DNA from: an uncultured Planctomycetota bacterium
GTDB taxonomy: Bacteria > Planctomycetota > Planctomycetia > Pirellulales > PNKZ01
Length of the DNA stretch: 64,000 nucleotides
Assembly: GCA_963708675.1 (NCBI GenBank)
Contig: CAVPTO010000003.1
Location: 1,796,719 to 1,860,718, forward strand
Reading direction: 5' to 3'
The notes under the pieces were generated by a model, which did not search any database, was not told where the DNA came from, and saw nothing but the letters and a program-made list of their open reading frames with translations. Both the position numbers and the translations under genes were made by a program. Of this stretch, positions 27,485 to 35,551 are shown one piece after another. Within the stretch, counting starts at the first letter, position 1, and every line of letters begins with the position of its first letter.

Positions 27485-28012
27485 CTACTGGTTGGGACCA
27501 CCGTGGACGGGATCGGTAATAACTTTCGAGCCCGAGACGGCCGTCGGATTGAGCGTCGCGCGCCCCCACGCGATCTCGACCGGCAAACGTGAGAAGTCGA
27601 CGATGCATCCGTCGCGGCTGTAACAACTGAGGTCGTGCGTCGCGCCCATGAAGATGCAATCGACCGGGCACGGATCGACACACAACGCACAGAACATGCA
27701 CTTCGTGTAGTCAATCGTAAAGCCAGTGATCTTGAAACCCTTGCCGTGCGTCACGCGCTCTTTGCCGATGTAGATGCAGTCGACCGGGCAAGCCTTCGCG
27801 CACTGATCACATGCGATGCACGTGGTCAGGTCGTAACGGTGAAAGCCTCGGTAGCGCGGCGCCACGGGCACCGGCAACTCGGGGTATTCGAAATGATGCG
27901 TGAAGGTCTGACGCTCGGGGTTGTACGTCTTCAACCAGTAACGCATTGTGACCCACAGGCCGTGGAGCACCGTGAAGACCGCATCGAAGACGTCCTTGAA
28001 CCACTGCAGCAT
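27485..28012 (-). CDS. NuoI-like 2x[4Fe-4S] ferredoxin subunit (not next to other nuo genes)
   Basis: CIACDQCAKACPVDCI and CMFCALCVDPCPVDCI. NuoI-like N-terminal region. Confidence 0.8.
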   Translation of the reverse strand: MLQWFKDVFDAVFTVLHGLWVTMRYWLKTYNPERQTFTHHFEYPELPVPVAPRYRGFHRYDLTTCIACDQCAKACPVDCIYIGKERVTHGKGFKITGFTIDYTKCMFCALCVDPCPVDCIFMGATHDLSCYSRDGCIVDFSRLPVEIAWGRATLNPTAVSGSKVITDPVHGGPNQ

Positions 28013-28815
28013 TGAACAGCGTCCCTACATAGCGTCCGAGAGGTCGAGCGAAGTTGCCCAGCGCCAACCGCAGCCACAGCATTCCAGACACGCAACTCGC
28101 ATCATGCGTGTTCTCGACGAGAGCGTCGCTGATGATTATAGACCTACGCGCCGAGCCCGCAATCGCGCGGTGTATTCGAAAAAGCGGCAATGCCTCGCGA
28201 TGAACGTCATACGATGCTGCTGTTCAGCGCCGCGACGTCGCGAGTTGGCTTCTAACTCGCGAGCTTTTATCTTCCGGGTCGGTGGTCTTCGCAGCGCCAC
28301 TGCCCCGCCAAACCGTTCGCCGTCACACGGCGTGACGACCTGTTCCATCTGCACGACAGTCCGAGCGAACGGGGTCGCCGAAATTGCCGCATAAGCGGTA
28401 GGTGTTCGCCCCTCCGAGCTAAGAGAAGGACGATACCGGTCATCCGATTCGTCGCCGACCGCCGGCATGACGACTGCTAAGTCGCAAGCCATTACCCCGT
28501 AAGTGATTAGCACAACCACCCACGCTAGCATGCAGCGGCAGACCGGTCGTGTTGCATCTACCGGGTAGGGTAATCGCCCATTCGTATCTTCCCTAGACGG
28601 TGTTCCGTGCAGCCCCGGCGTTCCTTGACTCACCACTATTACCACGTACAGTGAAGTGAGAGATTTTGTTCGCTCGATGCCGGCGTAAGGCCCTTACTGG
28701 GTTCTTATTTACGAACAGCCGACCGTGTGGAACCAAGTCGATTCGCCGTGTGTAAAAGTCCAGGCAGGACGTCCTCCACGCGAGGAACTTCAAGTCACGA
28801 AGCAAGGAATTGGCG

Positions 28816-29043
28816 ATGCTGGTTTTATCTCGCAAGAAGAACGAAAGTATTGTCATCAACAATGACATTACGATCGTGGTGGTCGAAATCCGTGGCGATA
28901 AGGTGAGACTCGGCGTCGAAGCGCCGAAGGAAGTTCCGGTTCATCGCCGCGAAGTGTACGAAGCGATTCACCGCGCGAACGCCGAAGGTGGAAACGCCGC
29001 TAGCACCGAGGCAGGTCAGGCCGACGCAGCCAGCGAAGCCTAG
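28816..29043 (+). CDS. csrA: carbon storage regulator CsrA
   Basis: MLVLSRKKNESIVI...IRGDKVRLGVEAPKEVPVHRREVYE. SD AAGGA before the ATG at 28816. Confidence 0.93.
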   Translation: MLVLSRKKNESIVINNDITIVVVEIRGDKVRLGVEAPKEVPVHRREVYEAIHRANAEGGNAASTEAGQADAASEA

Positions 29044-29186
29044 ACTCGAGGCCCGAACTCGTGCCGTTCGACAACGCAGCGATCTCCCTCCGAATTCGTT
29101 TCTTCTTTCTCTGACCGCGGCACGTTTTCGATTGCCTATCGCGGTCGCTTCCCTTCGCAAGGCCGGTGCTGAAAACGCTCAGCCAC

Positions 29187-29216
29187 TTGACGAAGCGCCA
29201 CCGCGCCGGTTATATC
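29187..29216 (+). promoter_or_regulatory. candidate sigma-70-type promoter for tRNA-Glu
   Basis: TTGACG (29187-29192), 17-18 nt spacer, TTATAT/TATATC (29210-29216), about 25 nt upstream of the tRNA 5' end. Confidence 0.45.
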
Positions 29217-29238
29217 ACCTTCGCGACACTTGCCCTGC

Positions 29239-29313
29239 GGCCCCGTCGTCTAGCCAGGTCTAGGACACAGGCCTTTCACGCCTGCAACACGGGTTCGAAT
29301 CCCGTCGGGGTCA
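29239..29313 (+). tRNA. tRNA-Glu (anticodon UUC)
   Basis: GGCCCCG acceptor pairs with CGGGGTC. Anticodon arm CAGGC-CTTTCAC-GCCTG. T-arm GGGTTCGAATCCC. Close to E. coli tRNA-Glu. No encoded CCA. Confidence 0.93.
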
Positions 29314-29496
29314 CTTCGTCTTTTCATGCCAGCGCACGTCGCCGCGGGGTTGCTCAGTTCAGGGTCGCGAAGATTGCCCAACAGCAAATCTTGCGCGGTA
29401 GCCCAATCCTTGGTTCACGTCGCCATCAGCCGTGGTAATCTGAATCTAGGGCGACGTGTCTAAACCGTTGCTCGTCTCACAGCTCGGGACTTCGGG

Positions 29497-30516
29497 ATGA
29501 GTGCATCAGGGCCGTCGCGCTTTGATTCCTTGGTGATCGTGTCTTTCGGCGGGCCGGAGCGCGCCGAAGATGTGATTCCGTTCCTTGAGAACGTCCTGCG
29601 TGGCAGAAACGTGCCGCGCGAACGCATGCTCGCTGTGGCGGAGCATTATTACGAGATGGGCGGCGCGAGCCCCATCAACGCTCAGAATCGCGAACTGGCG
29701 AAGGCGATCGAGGCCCTACTCGATCGCAGCGGACCGCGACTTCCCGTCTATTTTGGCAACCGAAACTGGCATCCGTTTCTTTCGGACACACTCGCCATGA
29801 TGGCGGCCGACGGTCGTCGCCGCGCGTTGGCCCTCGTCACCTCCGCGTACAGCTCCTACTCAGGATGCCGTCAGTATCTTGAGAACATTACCGAGGCACG
29901 GCGGACCGTCGGTCCGAGCGCTCCGGAAATCGAGAAACTCCGGGTTTTTTATAATCATCCCGCATTCGTCGAGGCGATCGTGAGCCGTACGCGCGACGCC
30001 CTTGCGCAAGTCGATCCATCGCGACGGTCGGCGACTTCTTTGCTATTCACCGCGCACAGTCTGCCGCAGTCGATGGCAACGAACTGCCGTTACGTGACGG
30101 AGTTGGAAGAAACGAGTCGCCTTGTCGCCAATGCTCTCGAACTGCCGTCGTGGCGATTGGCGTTCCAAAGTCGCAGCGGTCCCCCCTCGCAACCGTGGCT
30201 TGAGCCGGACGTCTCCATCGCGTTGCGTAAGCTGACGGAGCAAGGCGAGCGGGATGTCGTCATCGTGCCCGTCGGGTTTCTCTCCGATCACGTTGAAGTG
30301 CTCTTCGATCTCGACGTCGAGGCGCGTCGCGAAGCGGACTCGCTTGGCATCAATATGGTGCGGGCCAAGACGGTGGGCACGCACCCCGCCATGATCGCGA
30401 TGATTCGAGAGTTGATTCTCGAGCGCATCGATTCGGCGCAACCGCCACGAGCGCTGGGCTGCTTCGGCCCTTCGCCGAATGTTTGCCCTGTCGATTGCTG
30501 CTTGCCACGCGGCTGA
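29497..30516 (+). CDS. hemH: ferrochelatase
   Basis: LVIVSFGGPE, FGNRNWHP, FTAHSLP, VPVGFLSDHVEVLFDLD. Confidence 0.93.
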   Translation: MSASGPSRFDSLVIVSFGGPERAEDVIPFLENVLRGRNVPRERMLAVAEHYYEMGGASPINAQNRELAKAIEALLDRSGPRLPVYFGNRNWHPFLSDTLAMMAADGRRRALALVTSAYSSYSGCRQYLENITEARRTVGPSAPEIEKLRVFYNHPAFVEAIVSRTRDALAQVDPSRRSATSLLFTAHSLPQSMATNCRYVTELEETSRLVANALELPSWRLAFQSRSGPPSQPWLEPDVSIALRKLTEQGERDVVIVPVGFLSDHVEVLFDLDVEARREADSLGINMVRAKTVGTHPAMIAMIRELILERIDSAQPPRALGCFGPSPNVCPVDCCLPRG

Positions 30517-30536
30517 GCAGATTATTGCTGAGTCGG

Positions 30537-31727
30537 CTATTCGCGCTCGACGATCATGGCAACCGCGTTTCCGCCGCCGAGACACAAGGCCGCCAGGCCG
30601 CGTTTCAATCCGCGAGCTTGAAGCGCATACAGCAACGTCACGAGCACACGCGCTCCGCTTGCGCCAATGGGATGTCCCAGGGCGATGGCGCCACCGTTCG
30701 CATTCAATTTTGCGATGTCGAAGTGCAGGAGACTATGACACGCCAGCACCTGCGCGGCGAACGCCTCGTTGAGTTCGATGAGGTCGATGTCGTCGAGGCG
30801 CAGCTTCGCCTTGGCCAACACCTTCTCGATGGCGTCAACCGGGGCGATAAACACATCCTTGGGCTTCACGCCACTGGTCGCTGTCGCGACGATGCGGGCC
30901 TTGATCGGGTCGTGACATTCGCTCGCGAGGGCTTCGTCGACGACGACCACTGCCGCAGCGCCGTCGCTCAGCTGCGAGGCGTTTCCGGCAGTGACCGTGC
31001 GCTCGATGCCATCCTGTGGCTCAAACGATGCCTTGAGCGTCGCGAGCGCTTCGAGCGACGAGTCGCAACGAGGCCCTTCATCGACGCGAACGACCGTCGG
31101 CCCTTTTCGCCCCGCGATCTCGACCGGCGTGATTTCGACATCGAATACGCCTGCAGCGATTGCCTGCGCGGCGCGGCGATGACTTTCCAAAGCGAACGCG
31201 TCTTGCTCGTTGCGAGTCACACCGCATGTGTGTGCGATGTAATCGGCCTCGGCGCCCATGCTCACGTTCTCGATGGCGCACCATAGGCCGTCGTGAATCA
31301 TCGAGTCGACGGCTTGCTGTGTGCCGAACTTCCAACCTTGGCGGACCCCCGGCATGAGATACGGCGCACGGCTCATGCTCTCCATGCCCCCTGCGACGAT
31401 GCATCGCGCATCGCCTGCGCGAATCACCTGGTCGGCAAGCATCACGGCCTTGAGTCCCGATCCGCACATCTTGTTGATCGTGAGCGCTGCGATGCTCGGC
31501 GGCAGACCCGCGGCGAGGGCCGCTTGCCGTGCGGGTGCTTGTCCGAGTCCGGCAGAGAGCACGTTGCCAAGAATCACCTCGTCGACAGGCGACGTTGAGA
31601 TGTTCGCACGTCGCAGCGACTCGGCAACGACCGTCGCCCCTAAACTGGGTGCCGGCACCGAAGTCAACGCTCCCATGAATTTGCCGATCGGCGTGCGGCA
31701 TCCCGCGACAATGTATGTAGACGACAT
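30537..31727 (-). CDS. acetyl-CoA C-acetyltransferase (thiolase II)
   Basis: IVAGCRTPIGKF, active-site NKMCGSGLKA, NEAFAAQ, GGAIALGHPIGASG, CLGGGNAVA. Confidence 0.93.
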   Translation of the reverse strand: MSSTYIVAGCRTPIGKFMGALTSVPAPSLGATVVAESLRRANISTSPVDEVILGNVLSAGLGQAPARQAALAAGLPPSIAALTINKMCGSGLKAVMLADQVIRAGDARCIVAGGMESMSRAPYLMPGVRQGWKFGTQQAVDSMIHDGLWCAIENVSMGAEADYIAHTCGVTRNEQDAFALESHRRAAQAIAAGVFDVEITPVEIAGRKGPTVVRVDEGPRCDSSLEALATLKASFEPQDGIERTVTAGNASQLSDGAAAVVVVDEALASECHDPIKARIVATATSGVKPKDVFIAPVDAIEKVLAKAKLRLDDIDLIELNEAFAAQVLACHSLLHFDIAKLNANGGAIALGHPIGASGARVLVTLLYALQARGLKRGLAALCLGGGNAVAMIVERE

Positions 31728-31852
31728 AAGTTGACACCTCGCCTGAGTTTTCTATCGATTCCATTATACGGACGCTGCCTCTAGCATCCCTCATTCGAAA
31801 CGCTACCCTCGTTGAATTGTGACACCCGTCGAAGCATTTGCGTCCTCTGACC

Positions 31853-32824
31853 ATGATCATTACTGAGCGCCGACAGTTAGGACTGACCGACATCCACATC
31901 TCGCCAATCGCGTTGGGATGTTGGCCAATCGCGGGAATGACGAGCCTCGGCGTCAACGATACAGACAGCCTCGCGACGATCGAAGCGTGCTTCGAGCTAG
32001 GCGTCAACTTTCTCGATACCGCTTACTGTTATGGCGCCGACGGCGAGAGCGAGCGGCTAATAGCCACAGCGCTCGGACATCGACGCGACGAAATGGTGAT
32101 TGCCACGAAGGGTGGCATTCACTGGGGACCGGATGGCAAGCAAGTCGTCGATGGCCGGCCTGAGACCTTACGTCGTGAGTGCGATGAAAGTCTGCGCCGC
32201 CTCAACACCGATCGCGTCGAGTTGCTGTATCTGCACTGTCCCGATCCGAACACGCCGATTGCCGAGTCAGCCGGCGCGCTTCACGATTTGATGCGGCAGG
32301 GGAAGACGCGATCCGTTGGTTTCTCGAATGCGACACTATCGCAGTTGCAAGCGTTCGTTGCGGAGTGCCCGCTGTCGGCCTATCAGCCGAAGTACAACAT
32401 GCTGCAGCGCGACATCGAAAGCTCGCAGCTTCCGTGGTGTCGAGAGCATCATGTGTCGGTGATGGTCTATTGGCCGCTCTTGAAGGGCCTTTTGACCGGC
32501 AAGTTTGCTCGCGATCATCACTTCGACCCTCGCGATGGTCGTCTGAAGTATCCAATGTTTCAGGGCAAAGAGTGGCAACACAATCAGGACTTCATCGACG
32601 CGCTGCGTCCCATCGCGCATGAAGCGGGACGAAGCGTGGCCCAACTGGTGTTGCAGTGGACGATCGAGCAGCCGGGCGTGACTGCGGCGCTGTGCGGTGC
32701 TAAGCGTCGCGATCAAATCGTCGACAACGCGGGCGGAGCCGGTTGGCAACTCACGCCTTCGCAGAGAGACGCGATCGACGCCGCACTCAAGCGTCGCAAC
32801 GAAGCGATCTCCGGCGACACGTAA
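31853..32824 (+). CDS. aldo/keto reductase
   Basis: RQLGLTDIHISPIALGCW, FLDTAYCYG, LYLHCPD, IGFSN. An upstream TTG at 31838 is also possible. Confidence 0.85.
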   Translation: MIITERRQLGLTDIHISPIALGCWPIAGMTSLGVNDTDSLATIEACFELGVNFLDTAYCYGADGESERLIATALGHRRDEMVIATKGGIHWGPDGKQVVDGRPETLRRECDESLRRLNTDRVELLYLHCPDPNTPIAESAGALHDLMRQGKTRSVGFSNATLSQLQAFVAECPLSAYQPKYNMLQRDIESSQLPWCREHHVSVMVYWPLLKGLLTGKFARDHHFDPRDGRLKYPMFQGKEWQHNQDFIDALRPIAHEAGRSVAQLVLQWTIEQPGVTAALCGAKRRDQIVDNAGGAGWQLTPSQRDAIDAALKRRNEAISGDT

Positions 32825-32832
32825 AAAGATCA

Positions 32833-32866
32833 AGGCGGCACACGTGACATTGTCACGCGGCCGCCT
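32833..32866. terminator. nested hairpin between convergent genes (possible bidirectional terminator)
   Basis: AGGCGGC...GCCGCCT encloses CGTGACA-T-TGTCACG. Confidence 0.45.
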
Positions 32867-32893
32867 CAGGTTCGTGATCTGTTGATGACGCTT

Positions 32894-33238
32894 CTAGCTC
32901 AATCGCGAGAGCGTATCGAGAGCTTGACGTGCGGCATCGATCGAGCCGACGTGCTCAGCAAACTTCTTGGCTTCCAAGAGCGAAGCAATCGACACCTTGT
33001 CCGATGTGCCAAGTGCTGGGCGTCCGGGTCGACCGCGACGGCCAGTACCCATTTGTCCGTGTGACATTCGGTTCTTGACGTTGCTGACCAAGGTCGGCGT
33101 GACAGTCATCTTTTTTGCCTTGAGCGCCTCGACAACTTGTGTCGGCCCTGCTTCGGGATTCGCCTCGAGATAGGCGCGAATGGCCGCACTCTTGTTTCGT
33201 TTGCGTCGTTTAGGCTCTACCGTGGCACTCGCATTCAT
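32894..33238 (-). CDS. hypothetical small basic protein
   Basis: MNASATVEPKRRKRNKSAAIRAYLEANPEAGPTQVVEALKAKKM...RRGRPGRP. No family recognised. Confidence 0.5.
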   Translation of the reverse strand: MNASATVEPKRRKRNKSAAIRAYLEANPEAGPTQVVEALKAKKMTVTPTLVSNVKNRMSHGQMGTGRRGRPGRPALGTSDKVSIASLLEAKKFAEHVGSIDAARQALDTLSRLS

Positions 33239-33447
33239 CCGTTTTTTCTCCAATGAATTGCCCCCAATTTCTAACGGTTTGAAAGCATACCCAACAGGTA
33301 TGAGAACCGCTAGTATCACGATAACTGACGCGCGTTAGTTGGCGAGCAATTCTTTCGAAAAATTGTGTGTGCAATACGCACCCCCAATAGGTGGAAGTGT
33401 TGTGTGACGTGTGAATTCGCAACGACCAACGCTTCGAGTTGTTGAAT

Positions 33448-34626
33448 ATGTCGATCGATTACGAATTCGTCGCTCCACGCGCCATTCATTTCGGATGGGG
33501 GAAACGACAATGGCTTCGCAAAAGCGCTGCGTCGTTCGGCCGTCGAGTGTTCATCGTTCTCGGGTCGAAGACATTCGAGAGCAGTCAAAGATGGCCTGAA
33601 ATCGAGCAAGTCATCGAAAACACTGGTGTCGAGCAAATTTTTTTGACAACGATTTCGCGCGAGCCGCACGTGGACGATGTCGATCGCTGCGTAACAATAA
33701 TGCGCGAGCACGAGCTTCATTCCGACGATTGGATGCTGGCCATTGGTGGCGGTTCGGCGATCGATCTGGCGAAGGCCTGCGGTGCTTTGGCGACTCAAAG
33801 CTCACATGCTCCCACGATGGACTATCTCGAAGGCGTTGGTCGAGGGCTAACGATCGTCGAGCCTCCGCTGCGGCTGATCGCCATGCCCACCACCGGCGGA
33901 ACTGGCGCCGAGGCGACCAAGAACGCGGTCATTTCCTCTACCGATCCGCCGTACAAAAAAAGCCTGCGTCACGAGGACATGGTGCCGAGCGTCGTGATCG
34001 TCGACCCCGAGCTCAGCGTCGATGTGCAGCCGTCGACGACCGCGTACAGCGGCATGGATGCGATCACGCAACTCATCGAAAGTTACATCTCCCGGCGGGC
34101 GAAGCCCATCCCGCAGGCGCTCGCCGTCGAAGGTTTGCGAGGCGCTTTGCCGGCATTGCCTGAAGCGGTTCGAGACGGTCACTCTCGACCGGCGCGTGAG
34201 GCGATGGCGCACGCGGCTTTGTTGAGCGGGATGGCGCTTGCGAACTCGGGCTTGGGGTTCGCTCATGGCGTTGCCGCGGCGCTCGGAATCCACGCCGGCG
34301 TCGCACACGGCCTGGCATGTGCCATGATGCTTCCCGTCGCGCTGTGTGTGAATCGACAAGTGTCTGAGCACAAGTTGGCGATCCTCGCGCGAGTGACGAG
34401 CAGCGCCACCGAGAAAGTGAGTGACGCCCATGCGGCCGATGCCTTCGTCGAACGCATTACACAGTTGGCACATGAGCTTGGAGTGCCAGCTCGTTTGAGC
34501 GATGTAGGTGTGACGCGCGAGATGTTGCCTGCTTTGGTGTCAGGTTCGCGAGGCAACAGCATGAGCGGAAATCCGCGCGAGCTGTCCGATAACGAGTTGC
34601 GAGACGTTTTGGAGGCAATGTTGTGA
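33448..34626 (+). CDS. iron-containing alcohol dehydrogenase
   Basis: GGGSAIDLAKA, PTTGGTGAE, metal-binding His cluster AHGVAAALG...HG. Confidence 0.9.
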   Translation: MSIDYEFVAPRAIHFGWGKRQWLRKSAASFGRRVFIVLGSKTFESSQRWPEIEQVIENTGVEQIFLTTISREPHVDDVDRCVTIMREHELHSDDWMLAIGGGSAIDLAKACGALATQSSHAPTMDYLEGVGRGLTIVEPPLRLIAMPTTGGTGAEATKNAVISSTDPPYKKSLRHEDMVPSVVIVDPELSVDVQPSTTAYSGMDAITQLIESYISRRAKPIPQALAVEGLRGALPALPEAVRDGHSRPAREAMAHAALLSGMALANSGLGFAHGVAAALGIHAGVAHGLACAMMLPVALCVNRQVSEHKLAILARVTSSATEKVSDAHAADAFVERITQLAHELGVPARLSDVGVTREMLPALVSGSRGNSMSGNPRELSDNELRDVLEAML

Positions 34627-35531
34627 TCGTCGTCGCAGGGCTCACACCCGCCTGGCAGAAGATTCTGCAGTTCGAACGCTTGCAGATCGGTGAAGTGAAT
34701 CGTGCATCGGTCGTTCAATGGTGCGGCTCGGGCAAAGTGCTGAACGTCGGCGTCGCGTTGGCGACACTTGGCGTTCCGGCTGTGACCCTCTCGCCGTTAG
34801 GCGGACCGGCGTTCGAATCCATCGACAATGAGTTCGCGGCATTGGGCGTCGATCGACGCTGGGTTCGCACCCAGAGCGCGACACGGGTTTGCACGACGCT
34901 GCTGGACGTCGCAACGCATACGACGACCGAGCTCGTCGAGAATGCCTCGGCGCTCTTGCCGGCCGAGCTCGACGAATTCGCCTCGTACTTCGGTCAAATC
35001 GCCGCGAAGGCAGATGCAGCGGTGCTCACGGGCTCGCTCCCGGTCGACACGCCGGTGACCTACTATCGCGACTTGCTACGGCACACCTCGGCGCCGGCCG
35101 TCATCGATGCACGTGGGCCCGAGTTAATTGCAGCTCTTGAGGCTCGTCCCCTCGTCGTGAAGCCGAATCGCCAGGAGCTGGGCCGCACGTTTGGGACGGA
35201 GTTGCGAAACGACGCCGAGGTCACTGAGGCGATCGCCCGGTTGCATCAGCGAGGCGCTCAGTGGGTGGTGATGACCCAAGGGCGGCAGCCGGTGTGGATC
35301 GCTTCCCCGGCAGGTATCGAACGTGTCGAGCCTCCCGCAGTTGCCGAGGTCGTGAATCCAATCGGCTGTGGCGATTGCCTGGCTGCGGGCATCGCGTGGG
35401 GCATTGCCGACGGACTCGACATTCGCGCGGCTGTAAAGCGTGGCATGGCCGCAGCCGCGGAGAATCTTCGAACCATTCTGCCCGCGCGTCTCAATCGCGA
35501 GTCGGTGCTGCGACGGAGCCGTTCGATTTAG
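34623..35531 (+). CDS. PfkB-family carbohydrate/1-phosphofructo-type kinase
   Basis: GSGKVLNVG N-terminal motif, C-terminal NPIGCGDCLAAG. GTGA overlap with the upstream stop. Confidence 0.8.
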   Translation: MIVVAGLTPAWQKILQFERLQIGEVNRASVVQWCGSGKVLNVGVALATLGVPAVTLSPLGGPAFESIDNEFAALGVDRRWVRTQSATRVCTTLLDVATHTTTELVENASALLPAELDEFASYFGQIAAKADAAVLTGSLPVDTPVTYYRDLLRHTSAPAVIDARGPELIAALEARPLVVKPNRQELGRTFGTELRNDAEVTEAIARLHQRGAQWVVMTQGRQPVWIASPAGIERVEPPAVAEVVNPIGCGDCLAAGIAWGIADGLDIRAAVKRGMAAAAENLRTILPARLNRESVLRRSRSI

Positions 35532-35551
35532 GTCCGCTGAGGCGCTCGCGT

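Noticed and set aside
28136-28645. 169-aa minus-strand ORF in the csrA upstream region
   Set aside because: Its codon usage is atypical for this genome, there is no SD and no recognisable domain. I did not call it as a gene, but I cannot exclude it.
28609-28765. Possible tmRNA (GGGGCTGC 5' end on the minus strand) or RNase P RNA (AAAAGTCCAGGC resembling CR-I)
   Set aside because: No matching tRNA-like 3' end (T-arm plus complementary acceptor plus CCA) lies downstream of the tmRNA look-alike. The RNase P look-alike is only 50 nt from the csrA ATG, so there is no room for the rest of the RNA. I rate both as chance similarities.
31731-31758. TTGACA-N16-TATCGA as the divergent thiolase/AKR promoter
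   Set aside because: The -10 element is weak and there is no supporting evidence. It is too speculative to list as a feature.
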